From an uncultured Gammaproteobacteria bacterium (GTDB taxonomy: Bacteria; Patescibacteriota; Patescibacteriia; UBA2591; UBA6264), in the NCBI GenBank assembly GCA_964596735.1, contig CAZQVF010000002.1, positions 18,321 to 82,320 of the forward strand: a stretch of DNA of 64,000 nucleotides, in the 5' to 3' direction. Below, piece by piece: positions 10,045 through 20,254 of the stretch. A program made the position numbers and the translations under genes. Under the pieces are notes generated by a model. That model was not told the DNA's origin. It saw only the letters and a list, made by a program, of their open reading frames with translations, and did no database searches. Position 1 is the stretch's first letter; each line of letters begins with the position of its first letter.

Positions 10045-12423
10045 ATGTTTTTAAAATATTTTAAAAAAATAAAACTTAACCTAACAACTAAATTTGTTGT
10101 TTTGTTCTTGGCTATTTCTCTGGTTCCCTTGATTATTGCTGTTTATATCAGTTATGACAGTTCGCGAAAAGTTTTAGAAGAAGAAGCCGCTTATCAGCTT
10201 TATCAAATTTCTGATAATAAAGTCAATCAAATTGATAAATATTTTTCAGAAGCAAAAAAAGATGTCACTGCTTTAGCGCGCATGCCTGGTGTTATCGGTT
10301 CTGTGGAAAAATTTAATCAGGCTTTTCAAGAACATCAAGTAAATTCTTTAGAATATCTTGCCATTGATAAAGAATTAAGACCTGCTTTATTATATTTTCA
10401 AGAGGCATCTAAGTATGATGATCTCTTTTTAATTTCCTCTGAAGGAAATTTAACTTTTTCTACTAGTCAAAAACATGCTTTAGGAACAAATTATCTTACT
10501 GATTTAAAGGCCAATTCTGATTTAACACCCATTCTTAAAAGTACCATTGCTTTATTAGAAACAAAAATATCAACCTTTAAGCTGATTAAGGGCGGTAAGA
10601 TTAGAGCTTATATCACATCTCCTGTGTCTAATGAAGGAAAATTTATTGGGGTGATCGGAGTTCAAGTTAATAATGAAGGAATCTATAATCTCACTGAAGA
10701 TTATGCTGGTTTAGGAAAAACAGGAGAAATTATTTTAGTCGCCAGATTAGAAGATCAAATAATTTTTATTGCTCCATCAAGATATGACCCAGAAGGAGCA
10801 TTTAAAACAAATGTTGAATTAGGGGCTCATCAAGGGATTGCCCTTCAAAAGGCAGTGCAAAGAGAAAAAAGTTGGGGAATAACCACTGATTACAAAGGAG
10901 AAAAGGTTTTAGCTACTTGGCGCTATCTACCTAATTATCAATGGGGCTTGGTAGTAAAAATGAATGCCGATGAAATATTAAAAACAGCTAATGAGCTAAA
11001 AGACCGGTTAGTCGTTATTGGGACAGTACTCTTAATAATGATTGTTTTGATTACGGTTGTGATGGCTCGTTCTGTTTCCGGGCCAATTAAAAAATTAACT
11101 AAAGTAGCAGCGACAATTTCTAAGGGTAATCTTTTGGCTCGGGCAAGAATAAACACAAAAGATGAAATTGAAGAATTGGCTAATTCTTTTAATCAAATGA
11201 CTGACAATCTTTTAAAAACCCAGAGTAGATTAGAAGACAAAAGTGAACAATTAGCTAGAAATCTTGGGCAGATAGAAAGACAAAACAAAGAGCTGGAAGA
11301 AGAAAAGAATAAGGTTGGTCAGGAAAAAGATAAATTAAATACTATTCTTTATGGGATTGGTGATGGTGTCTTTGTTGTTGATCCAGATTACAAGATTATG
11401 ATTTTTAATCAAGAAGCAGAAGTTATTTCTGGGGTTACATCTAAGGAGGCTGTTGGCAAGAGATATGATCAGATTCTTAATTTTATTTCTGAAAGAAACG
11501 GAAAATCAAATGGTAGATTTGTTCGAGAAGCAATAAGCAGTGGGGAGATTAAAGAAACCAGTTTTGATACTGTTTTGGTTAAAAAAGGCAAGAAAAATAT
11601 TCCGGTTTCCGGAAGTGCCGCTCCCTTAAAAGATTCTGATGGTAATGTAATAAGTTGTGTGGTTGTTTTTCGTGATGTGTCCAAAGAAAGGGAAATTGAT
11701 CGGGCCAAAACTGAATTTGTTTCCCTGGCTTCTCATCAATTAAGAACACCCCTTTCTACTGTCAGCTGGTATGCAGAAATGCTTTTAGATGAAGACGTGG
11801 GGAAAATCAACAAAGACCAAGAAAAATATTTACAAGCGCTTTATGATGCTAATCACCGCATGGTGGAATTAGTCAATGCTCTTTTAAATGTTTCTCGGAT
11901 TGAATTAGGAACTTTTGCTATTGACCCTGAGCCGATTAAATTTCTTGAAATTGCTGATAGTGTTATAAAAGAACAAACTCCACAAATTAAAGAAAAAGGA
12001 TTAAAAATTGAAAAAAAATATGCTGTTGATTTGCCCATTATTAATGCTGACCCTCGACTTTTAAGAATTATTTTACAAAATCTGATTTCCAATGCTGTTA
12101 AATATACTCCGGAAAAGGGAAGTATTGTTATTGAAATTAGTAAAAAGGATTTAGATATTTTAGTTAAAGTAAAGGATACTGGTTATGGTATTCCCAAGAC
12201 TCAACAATCAAAAATATTTAATAAGCTGTTCCGGGCTGATAATATTTTGGCTAAAGATTGTGATGGCACTGGTCTTGGCCTTTATATTGTCAAGGCTGTG
12301 GTTGAGCAGTCAGGCGGCAAAATCTGGTTTGAATCTGAAGAAAATAAAGGAACCACTTTCTTTACCACTATTCCTTTAATAGGAATGAAAAAGAAAAAAG
12401 GAGTCAAAGTTTTAGCTAGTTAA
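10045..12423 (+). CDS. Membrane sensor histidine kinase (Cache-like periplasmic domain, HAMP, coiled coil, PAS, HisKA, HATPase)
   Basis: Two TM helices around ~280-aa extracytoplasmic domain, DEIEELANSFNQM (HAMP), PAS VVVFRDV, SHQLRTP, NAVKY, DTGYG, GTGLGL. Confidence 0.94.
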   Translation: MFLKYFKKIKLNLTTKFVVLFLAISLVPLIIAVYISYDSSRKVLEEEAAYQLYQISDNKVNQIDKYFSEAKKDVTALARMPGVIGSVEKFNQAFQEHQVNSLEYLAIDKELRPALLYFQEASKYDDLFLISSEGNLTFSTSQKHALGTNYLTDLKANSDLTPILKSTIALLETKISTFKLIKGGKIRAYITSPVSNEGKFIGVIGVQVNNEGIYNLTEDYAGLGKTGEIILVARLEDQIIFIAPSRYDPEGAFKTNVELGAHQGIALQKAVQREKSWGITTDYKGEKVLATWRYLPNYQWGLVVKMNADEILKTANELKDRLVVIGTVLLIMIVLITVVMARSVSGPIKKLTKVAATISKGNLLARARINTKDEIEELANSFNQMTDNLLKTQSRLEDKSEQLARNLGQIERQNKELEEEKNKVGQEKDKLNTILYGIGDGVFVVDPDYKIMIFNQEAEVISGVTSKEAVGKRYDQILNFISERNGKSNGRFVREAISSGEIKETSFDTVLVKKGKKNIPVSGSAAPLKDSDGNVISCVVVFRDVSKEREIDRAKTEFVSLASHQLRTPLSTVSWYAEMLLDEDVGKINKDQEKYLQALYDANHRMVELVNALLNVSRIELGTFAIDPEPIKFLEIADSVIKEQTPQIKEKGLKIEKKYAVDLPIINADPRLLRIILQNLISNAVKYTPEKGSIVIEISKKDLDILVKVKDTGYGIPKTQQSKIFNKLFRADNILAKDCDGTGLGLYIVKAVVEQSGGKIWFESEENKGTTFFTTIPLIGMKKKKGVKVLAS

Positions 12424-12460
12424 TTGTATAAATAATAATGTAATTTAATTATATAAACAT

Positions 12461-12850
12461 ATGTCAACACAAAACAAAAAAGTCCTTATTGTTGAGGACG
12501 AAAAAGCTATGCGACAAGTTATTTTTGACAAATTCGAACGTGAAGGTTTCCAAACCTTTCAAGGAAAAGACGGAGAAGAAGGCTTAAAGATTGCTTTAAA
12601 AGAGCATCCTGATATTATTCTTTTAGACATTATCATGCCTCGAGTTGATGGTTTAAGTATGCTTAAAAAATTAAGAAAAGATAAGTGGGGAAAAAATGCG
12701 CAGGTGCTTCTTCTTACTAATTTAAATGATGCTGAGTATGTGGCCACGGCTATGGAAAGTGGAGTTTTTGATTTTTTAGTTAAAAGTGATTGGAAGCTTG
12801 ATGATTTGGTTGTAAGGGTCAAAGAAAAACTAGGAATTGTTCAAAAATAA
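12461..12850 (+). CDS. Single-domain response regulator (receiver only)
   Basis: LIVEDE, IILLDIIMP, LLTN, FLVK. Confidence 0.92.
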   Translation: MSTQNKKVLIVEDEKAMRQVIFDKFEREGFQTFQGKDGEEGLKIALKEHPDIILLDIIMPRVDGLSMLKKLRKDKWGKNAQVLLLTNLNDAEYVATAMESGVFDFLVKSDWKLDDLVVRVKEKLGIVQK

Positions 12851-12864
12851 TATAATTATTAAAT

Positions 12865-13245
12865 ATGGCTGAAGAAAAAAAAGTTAAAATTGCTTTAGTT
12901 GAGGATGAAAGGTTTTTATTAGGGGCGATGAGGGATAAACTGCAAAGAGAGGGCTTTGATGTTTATACAGCGACTAATGGTGAAATTGGATTGGAGGTAA
13001 TTAAGAAAGAAAAACCGGCTTTGATTTTACTAGATTTAATTATGCCGATAAAAAGTGGTTTTGATGTTTTAGAAGAATTGCAAAAAGATAGTGAATTAAA
13101 AAATATTCCTGTCATTATTCTTACTAATTTGGGTCAAGAATCAGATATTCAAAAAGGTAAAGAATTGGGAGCAGCAGACTATTTAATCAAAGCTGATTTT
13201 AAAATGAAAGAGGTTATTGCCAAGGTAAGGGAACATCTTAAATAA
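12865..13245 (+). CDS. Single-domain response regulator (receiver only)
   Basis: LVEDE, LILLDLIMP, ILTN, YLIK. Confidence 0.92.
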   Translation: MAEEKKVKIALVEDERFLLGAMRDKLQREGFDVYTATNGEIGLEVIKKEKPALILLDLIMPIKSGFDVLEELQKDSELKNIPVIILTNLGQESDIQKGKELGAADYLIKADFKMKEVIAKVREHLK

Positions 13246-13264
13246 CATTTTAAACTTATTAAGC

Positions 13265-14974
13265 ATGGAAATTCCTTTGGAAAAATTAAAAGAACTTTTG
13301 GTTTCACCAGGTCATATTCCTGAGAAGGAATTTAATGATTCTGTTAAAAAAGCTAAGGAAGAAAACACTTCTTTGCAAAATTTTTTAGTAGAAAAAGGTT
13401 TAATCTCAGATAAAAATTTAGGAAAGACTATTGCTGAACATTTTGATTATCACTTTGTTGATCTTAAAAAAGAAGAGATTTCTGAAGAAATTCTAAGAAT
13501 AGTTCCTGAATTAGTCGCTCGCATGCAAGAAGTGATTGCTTTTGATAGAGGCAAAGATGGTTTTAAAATAGCCATGGCCAATCCAAATAACTATGAGATG
13601 GTTAAATGGTTGGAAAAAAAGACCGGAGAGAAGGTCAGGGTATATTACGCTACTTCTTTTGGAATTCAAGATTCTTTAAAGTTTTATCGCAAAAAAATAA
13701 CAGAAGAATTTGATGATATTATTAAAACTCAGGTTAAAGAAGCAAAAAGATTAAATGTGAAAGCAGAAGACATTCCCATTATTAAAATTGTTGATACTTT
13801 AGTTGAATATGCTTATGAAAACGGGACCTCAGATATTCACATTGAACCATTAGATGAAAAAACTCAGGTTAGGTTTAGGATTGACGGAGTTTTACACAAT
13901 GTTGTCAGTTTACCAAGAGATATTCATGGTTTAGTTGTTACTCGCATTAAGGTTTTAAGTCGACTCCGCACAGATGAACATTTTGCCGCTCAAGATGGAA
14001 AATTTCAGGTTGAATTAGAAGCTTTAACTGGCTTTAGAAGAAAACAAGATAAATTTGATATCAGAGTTTCCATTGTCCCAGTCACTGATGGAGAAAAAAT
14101 AGTGATGCGACTTTTGTCAGAAAAAGCCCGTCGCTTTACCTTAAAAGGATTGGGTTTTCGTCCTCAAGATCATAAAAAAATTAAAAACACTATTAAAAAA
14201 CCTTATGGTATGGTTTTATCTACTGGACCAACCGGTTGTGGTAAAACCACTAGTCTTTATGCTATTTTAAAGATTTTAAATAAACCAAGTGTAAATATTA
14301 CTACAATTGAAGATCCTGTTGAATATGACGTTGAAGGAATTAGTCAGATTCAAGTTAACACTAAAACTGGTTTGACTTTTGCCAAGGGTTTACGTTCAAT
14401 TGTTAGACAAGATCCAGATATTATTATGGTTGGAGAAATTCGTGACGAAGAAACAGCTGATATTGCTATTAATTCAGCCATGACTGGTCACTTAGTTCTC
14501 TCTACAATGCATGCTAATACAGCGGCAACTAATTTAGTTCGTTTAATAGATATGGGCGTAGAACCGTTCTTGGTTGCTTCTTCAATTAATGTTGTTTTTG
14601 GCCAAAGGTTGGTAAGAAAAATCTGTGAAAAATGCCGATATAGCTATGAGGTTAATCGCCAAGAATTAAAAAAACTTAATCTTTCCTCAAAATTAATTGA
14701 TAAAATCCTTGGTAAAAAACAAAAAATCAGAGTTTATAAAGGTGAGGGTTGTCGAGCCTGTAATGAAAGCGGATATACTGGTCGAATCGGGATTTTTGAA
14801 ATTTTAGAAATTAGTGACACCCTTAAACAAATGATTATGCGTCGAGCCAATGCTGATGAACTTGAAGGTCAAGCCATTAAAGAAGGGATGCACTCAATGA
14901 TGGAAGATGGAATTGAAAAAGTACTTACGGGAATTACCACTATTGATGAGGTATTAAGGGTGACCAGAGAATAG
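13265..14974 (+). CDS. pilB: Type IV pilus assembly ATPase (PilB/GspE family)
   Basis: SDIHIEP, GPTGCGKTT, TIEDPVE, RQDPDIIMVGEIRD, TGHLVLSTMH, CxxC..CxxC, GYTGRIG. Confidence 0.93.
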   Translation: MEIPLEKLKELLVSPGHIPEKEFNDSVKKAKEENTSLQNFLVEKGLISDKNLGKTIAEHFDYHFVDLKKEEISEEILRIVPELVARMQEVIAFDRGKDGFKIAMANPNNYEMVKWLEKKTGEKVRVYYATSFGIQDSLKFYRKKITEEFDDIIKTQVKEAKRLNVKAEDIPIIKIVDTLVEYAYENGTSDIHIEPLDEKTQVRFRIDGVLHNVVSLPRDIHGLVVTRIKVLSRLRTDEHFAAQDGKFQVELEALTGFRRKQDKFDIRVSIVPVTDGEKIVMRLLSEKARRFTLKGLGFRPQDHKKIKNTIKKPYGMVLSTGPTGCGKTTSLYAILKILNKPSVNITTIEDPVEYDVEGISQIQVNTKTGLTFAKGLRSIVRQDPDIIMVGEIRDEETADIAINSAMTGHLVLSTMHANTAATNLVRLIDMGVEPFLVASSINVVFGQRLVRKICEKCRYSYEVNRQELKKLNLSSKLIDKILGKKQKIRVYKGEGCRACNESGYTGRIGIFEILEISDTLKQMIMRRANADELEGQAIKEGMHSMMEDGIEKVLTGITTIDEVLRVTRE

Positions 14975-14999
14975 ATATTTTTTAATTTAATATATCTTT

Positions 15000-16046
15000 A
15001 TGTTAAAAAAAATAAGTACTATTGATAAAGTTTTTCTTGCTAATAATATTTCTGTTATGATTAAGGCCGGCTTGCCTTTAAGAGAAGCGGTAGCTACATT
15101 GCAGGAACAAACTAAATCTAAAGTATTTAAAAAAATTCTTGAGGATATTATTAAACATCTTGATAATGGAGAATCTTTAGCAGATAGTTTAGCTAGACAT
15201 CCTCGAGATTTTAATCAGCTTTTTATTAATATTATTAGAGTAGGGGAAGCGAGTGGAACTTTAGAGGAAAACTTAAAATACCTGGCCATTCAATTAGAAA
15301 AAAGTTATGATCTTCATCGAAAAGTAAAAGGGGCGATGATTTATCCCTTACTTGTTTTGACTAGTACTTTTGTTTTAGGATCAGCTTTGGCTGTCTTTAT
15401 TTTGCCTAAACTTTTACCTCTTTTTAAAAGTTTTGATGTACAACTGCCCTTGCCTACAAAAGTCTTAATCTGGGTGACAGAGGCAATTCAAAATCATGGA
15501 CTGTTAATCTTTGGTGGTTTAATTGGTCTTATTATTTTATTTACCTTCCTTTCCCGTTTAAAACCAGTTAAAAAAATTAATCATAAAATCCTTTTAAGAA
15601 CCCCTTTATTTGGTCGAATCTCCCGCAGTAATAACCTAGCTCAATTCTGTCGTACCTTAGGGATCTTGTTAAAAAGTGGCATTCCTGTAGTACAAGGACT
15701 GGAAATTACTTCTCAAACCTTAAAAAACATGAGTTATAAAAAAGCTTTAGTTGAAACCTCTGATAAAGTACAAAGAGGAAAACCCATTAGTGATCATTTA
15801 AAAAATGAGGGCTTTCTTTTCCCAGTCACTGTCTCTAAGATGATTCAGGTAGGAGAAAAAACTGGCAGTTTAGAAGAAACCTTGCTTCATTTAGCAGGAT
15901 TTTATGAAAAAGAAATTGATAATGTGACTAAGAATCTTTCCAACATCTTAGAACCTATCTTATTAATCGTTATCGGTTTGGTGGTTGGTTTTATTGCCAT
16001 TGCTATTATTCTGCCGATTTACAAATTAACCGGCGGATTTAGATAA
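15000..16046 (+). CDS. pilC: Type IV pilus inner-membrane platform protein (PilC/GspF family)
   Basis: GEASGTL, AMIYP, GEKTGSL, ILEP..LPIY repeats; follows pilB. Confidence 0.93.
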   Translation: MLKKISTIDKVFLANNISVMIKAGLPLREAVATLQEQTKSKVFKKILEDIIKHLDNGESLADSLARHPRDFNQLFINIIRVGEASGTLEENLKYLAIQLEKSYDLHRKVKGAMIYPLLVLTSTFVLGSALAVFILPKLLPLFKSFDVQLPLPTKVLIWVTEAIQNHGLLIFGGLIGLIILFTFLSRLKPVKKINHKILLRTPLFGRISRSNNLAQFCRTLGILLKSGIPVVQGLEITSQTLKNMSYKKALVETSDKVQRGKPISDHLKNEGFLFPVTVSKMIQVGEKTGSLEETLLHLAGFYEKEIDNVTKNLSNILEPILLIVIGLVVGFIAIAIILPIYKLTGGFR

Positions 16047-16053
16047 AATAAGT

Positions 16054-16500
16054 ATGTTTAAAAAAGGCTTTACTCTTGTTGAGATAATACTAGCTATTAC
16101 TATTATTATTTTCCTTGCTGGCTTGGTTGTGCCCACGGGTATACGTTTTTATCAAACCCAACAATTAGACACAGCGACTGATGGAATTATTCAGGCTTTA
16201 AGAAGAGCCCAATTAAAAGCCATGTCTCAAGGAGATAATAATTTTGGTGTTTATGTTGGCTCTGGTCAAACCGGTCAATATTTTTTATTTACAGGTAATT
16301 CTTATGAAAATAGAACTGACGAAGAAATTTTCGGGGCTAGCAATAATATTTCGTTCAGTGGTGTTTCAGAAGTATTATTTTCTAAAACACAAGGTAAGCC
16401 AACTATTACTGGAACAGGTGACGATATTGTTTTAACCCAAGGTACAGAAACAAAAACAATTAACATTAATGAAGCGGGTAGAATTAATTTTGAATTATAA
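16054..16500 (+). CDS. Minor type IV pilin (FimU/GspH-like)
   Basis: KKG|FTLVE class III signal, hydrophobic helix, C-terminal ININEAGRI. Confidence 0.88.
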   Translation: MFKKGFTLVEIILAITIIIFLAGLVVPTGIRFYQTQQLDTATDGIIQALRRAQLKAMSQGDNNFGVYVGSGQTGQYFLFTGNSYENRTDEEIFGASNNISFSGVSEVLFSKTQGKPTITGTGDDIVLTQGTETKTININEAGRINFEL

Positions 16501-16503
16501 GTT

Positions 16504-19326
16504 ATGAAACATCAAAAAGCTCAAAGCTTAATTGAATTATTAATCGCCCTTGGCGTTTTTGTTTTGGTTGTCAGTTCGATTAATTTTTTAAGTCTTGATA
16601 CATATATAGCTGATCGAGCTGGTGGAGAAAGAACCCAAGCCACTTTTTTGGCTAAAGAGGGGATTGAAGCAAGTAAATCTATTAGCAACAACAGCTGGGG
16701 TGATTTAATCTTGGGCAATCATGGAATTAGTATCTCTGATGAACATTGGGTTTTTCAAGGAACGGCCGATGATGTTAGCGATCAATTAACTCAAGGAGAG
16801 CGGGTTATTGTTGTTGAACAAGACGAAGCTTGTAATCTAAATTGTAAAAAAATTACCTCTCAGGTGACCTGGGATTTAACAGACACTCGTCCCCAAACCG
16901 TAACCTTGGTCACTTATTTAACTAATTTGTTTAGTCTCAATTGGACCCAGACGCTTTTAGCAGACTTTGATTTAGGAAAGAGAAACAGTGTTCAGACCAC
17001 TGAGGTGGGTGATGGGGAGATAAAGTTATCCTTGATCGGCGACTGGAACAATGCCTCTGTTGTTGCCGACTTTGATACAGATGCTAATGGTGATGTCCGG
17101 GATATTTTTATTAATAATAATATTGCCTATGTTATTACCATGAATAATGGTGGTGGCGGTGAAGAAGAATTTTTTGTTTTAGATATTTCTGATATTAGTA
17201 ATGGAAATATTAATTTGTTAGGATCAACTGATTTGGGAACAGAATTAGGTAATGATGCTCGTAGTTTTCATGTTTCTGAAGATTATGCCTATATTGCCAG
17301 TGATGATAATAATGCCGAATTAATGATTGTTCGTTTAAGTGATTATACTGTAACTAATCAGTACAATGTTCCAGACAATCTTAATGGCCTTGATGTTTTT
17401 GTTGTTGATGATATTGCTTATTTAGTGACTAATGTAAATAATTCTGAAGAATTCTATGTCTTGGATGTTTCTAATCCTGAAGAAGAGATTACTCTGTTAA
17501 ATTCATTAGAAGTTGACGCCACTGTTAATAAAATTGATGTTGTGGGTAATTATGCTTATTTAGCCACTGAAGGTAATAATAAAGAATTATCAGTTGTTCG
17601 TTTAACAGATAATACTGAAGTAAATACTTTTGATATTACTGGTAATGGTGATATGACTTCTGTTCAGGTTATTGGCGATATCGCTTATATGGGGAGGGAA
17701 AGCAGTGGTGACTCAGAGTTTTATGCCTTGGATGTTTCTAACCCAGAAGGAGTAATTACTGAACTTGATTCAATTGATTTAGAAGGCGATGATGTTGAAA
17801 CAATTTCTATTTATAATGATTTGGCTTATTTGGGGACTGATAATGCAGACAAAGAAGTGGTCGTCATTGATTTAAATACTTTTATAGAAACAGCTTCTGT
17901 TGATTTAATCGGCTCAAATTATGCTTATGCGATTTGGTTTCAAGGCGCTCATATTTATGCCGGAACAACAAATAATGATTATGAAGTTCAAGTGATTCAA
18001 AGTGGCCAAGGCGGTTGGGAAGTCCCAGAAATGATTGGTAGCATTGATCTTCCCGGGAACGAGGATGCTAAAGATGTTTTTGTTTTAGGTGATTATGCTT
18101 ACATCGGGACTAAACCAGCTAGACACGGTGACAATTTTTTCATCATTGACATTTCAGACCCGGAAAATCCTGATCCAAGAGGTTCTCTTGATATAGGAAA
18201 GGATATTCATGGTGTTTATATCTCTGGCAACTATGCTTATCTGTCCTTGCATGATGATGATGAAGGATTAAGAATTGTTGATATTACCAATAAGGACAAT
18301 CCTATTAAACTTGATTATTTTAATGCCCCAGGAGACAAGTGTTTTAAAGATGTTTCTGTTTTAGATGATTATGCCTATATCGTAGGAAAAGAGGCAAGAA
18401 ACGATCCAGAATTTTTCATCATTGATGTTGAAGAGCCGGACGATTTAGAAGACGAGGCTGAAGGAAGTTTAGAGCTGGACACTGAGGCTTATGCCATATA
18501 TGTCTCAGGAGATTATGCTTATTTAGCCACTAGTGATAATGATAAAGAATTAATGGTGGTTGATATTTCAGATGAGGAAGAACCAGAGATGGTTGGTTCA
18601 TACAATGCTGATAGCGATGCTAATGCGAGGGATATTTTTATTGAAAATGACACTGCTTATTTAGTGACTAAAGAAAACTCTTCTGCAGGGATAAATCCTG
18701 AATTCTATATTTTAGATATTAGCACACCAACGGTTCCTAGTTTAATAGGTTCTTTAGACATAGATGACAACGTTGATACTCTCACTGTTTCAGGAGATTA
18801 TGCTTATTTGGGAACAGATGAGAATGATGCTGGGCTTCAAATAATCGATATTAGTGATTTAGCCAATCCTTTGCTTTATAGTACTTTTGATGTTGGTGAT
18901 GATGTTAAGGGTATTGATTTTGATGAGGGTCATGTTTATTTGGCCACTAAAAATGGTGATTTAGAGGCGCCAATTATTGGTCCAGGCGGATTACCAACTG
19001 ATTATTCTCAATGGGGCATTTTCACTTCTTCTTCTTATGATTCTGGGGAAACAAATACTTCATGGAATAATATCTTATGGTCAGAAAGTGGGACCGGTAC
19101 TTTAAAATTCCAGGTGCGCACTGCCGATACTGAAGAAAATCTTTCTTCGGCTACCTGGGTTGGATCAGACGGGACTAATTCAACTTATTATACTTTTTCT
19201 GAACAAAACATTATTATTGATCCTGGAGCCAGTGGTAAACAATGGGCTGAATATCGAGTATTTTTTACTGGTGACAGTACAGACAGTCCTATCTTAGAAA
19301 GTATAACTATTATTTATAGCAACTAA
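16504..19326 (+). CDS. Giant minor pilin (PilV-like N-terminus) fused to LVIVD-type beta-propeller repeats; probable tip adhesin
   Basis: KA|QSLIELLIAL prepilin-like start; roughly 14 repeats of ~45 aa of type V.G.YAY...(L/F).(I/V)(I/L)D(I/V)S.P; very acidic. Confidence 0.85.
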   Translation: MKHQKAQSLIELLIALGVFVLVVSSINFLSLDTYIADRAGGERTQATFLAKEGIEASKSISNNSWGDLILGNHGISISDEHWVFQGTADDVSDQLTQGERVIVVEQDEACNLNCKKITSQVTWDLTDTRPQTVTLVTYLTNLFSLNWTQTLLADFDLGKRNSVQTTEVGDGEIKLSLIGDWNNASVVADFDTDANGDVRDIFINNNIAYVITMNNGGGGEEEFFVLDISDISNGNINLLGSTDLGTELGNDARSFHVSEDYAYIASDDNNAELMIVRLSDYTVTNQYNVPDNLNGLDVFVVDDIAYLVTNVNNSEEFYVLDVSNPEEEITLLNSLEVDATVNKIDVVGNYAYLATEGNNKELSVVRLTDNTEVNTFDITGNGDMTSVQVIGDIAYMGRESSGDSEFYALDVSNPEGVITELDSIDLEGDDVETISIYNDLAYLGTDNADKEVVVIDLNTFIETASVDLIGSNYAYAIWFQGAHIYAGTTNNDYEVQVIQSGQGGWEVPEMIGSIDLPGNEDAKDVFVLGDYAYIGTKPARHGDNFFIIDISDPENPDPRGSLDIGKDIHGVYISGNYAYLSLHDDDEGLRIVDITNKDNPIKLDYFNAPGDKCFKDVSVLDDYAYIVGKEARNDPEFFIIDVEEPDDLEDEAEGSLELDTEAYAIYVSGDYAYLATSDNDKELMVVDISDEEEPEMVGSYNADSDANARDIFIENDTAYLVTKENSSAGINPEFYILDISTPTVPSLIGSLDIDDNVDTLTVSGDYAYLGTDENDAGLQIIDISDLANPLLYSTFDVGDDVKGIDFDEGHVYLATKNGDLEAPIIGPGGLPTDYSQWGIFTSSSYDSGETNTSWNNILWSESGTGTLKFQVRTADTEENLSSATWVGSDGTNSTYYTFSEQNIIIDPGASGKQWAEYRVFFTGDSTDSPILESITIIYSN

Positions 19327-19838
19327 TGATTTACAAAAAGAAAAAAAGTTTTACGTTAATTGAACTGCTTATTTATCTTGGCATAGTGGCCGGGATTTTA
19401 GTTGTGGCTGGTGCTTTTACCTGGAGTATTATTAAAGGAAGCGCAAAAGGCGCTTGTGTTCGAGAGGTGCAACAAAATGGACGTTTGGCCATGGAAGTAA
19501 TTACTCGAGAGATAAAGGCCGCTTCTGGAATTAATAGTCCTTTAGCTGGAGAATCAGCCGAGACCTTGTCTTTGATTATGTCTGACAGTGGTTTAAATCC
19601 AACTATATTTGAATTATCAAATGATCAGATTCTTTTAAGTCAGGGGGTGGATGGACCCTATACTTTAACTACTGATCAGGTTTTGGTTTCTAATCTTGAT
19701 TTTACTAATCTTTCCTACGCAGATACATCTGGAACAGTCAGAATAGAAATGACCTTAGATTATAATAATCTTGGTTCTCAAACCGCTTATGAGGCTTCGA
19801 TTGATTTAAGTACCACGGTTTCTTTAACTGAGGAATAA
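19326..19838 (+). CDS. Minor type IV pilin (PilW/GspJ-like)
   Basis: KS|FTLIE signal, EVQQNGRLAMEVITREIK helix; overlaps upstream stop (TAATG). Confidence 0.85.
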   Translation: MIYKKKKSFTLIELLIYLGIVAGILVVAGAFTWSIIKGSAKGACVREVQQNGRLAMEVITREIKAASGINSPLAGESAETLSLIMSDSGLNPTIFELSNDQILLSQGVDGPYTLTTDQVLVSNLDFTNLSYADTSGTVRIEMTLDYNNLGSQTAYEASIDLSTTVSLTEE

Positions 19839-19841
19839 AAC

Positions 19842-20237
19842 ATGAAACATCAACAAGCATATATTGCCTTAATTACCATTTTAATCATCTCTGCCGTAAC
19901 CTTATTAATTGCGGCTAGTGCTGGTCTTTTTGGTATTTCTGAAACAGACATGGGTCTAATCGAAGATCAATCTACTCAGTCTTATTATTTGGCTAATGCC
20001 TGTGCTGAATATGCCTTGGAAAGGTTAAAGAATAATGTAAATTATGCTGGTGACGAAACCTTAGATATTGATGATGGCAGTTGCTATATTTATTTACCAG
20101 AAGGAAGTGGCAATGAGGATAGAATAATTAAAGCAACCGGCACTCTTGCTAATCAGACTAGAAAGGTTAAAATTATAATAGAAGAGATTAATCCTTTAAT
20201 GGTCATTAGCTCTTGGCAAGAGGTTTCTGAATTTTAG
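19842..20237 (+). CDS. Minor pilin, PilX/GspK-like
   Basis: QA|YIALITIL hydrophobic helix lacking Glu5, SYYLANACAE, C-terminal SWQE. Confidence 0.8.
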   Translation: MKHQQAYIALITILIISAVTLLIAASAGLFGISETDMGLIEDQSTQSYYLANACAEYALERLKNNVNYAGDETLDIDDGSCYIYLPEGSGNEDRIIKATGTLANQTRKVKIIIEEINPLMVISSWQEVSEF

Positions 20238-20254
20238 AATGTTTAATTTAAAAT

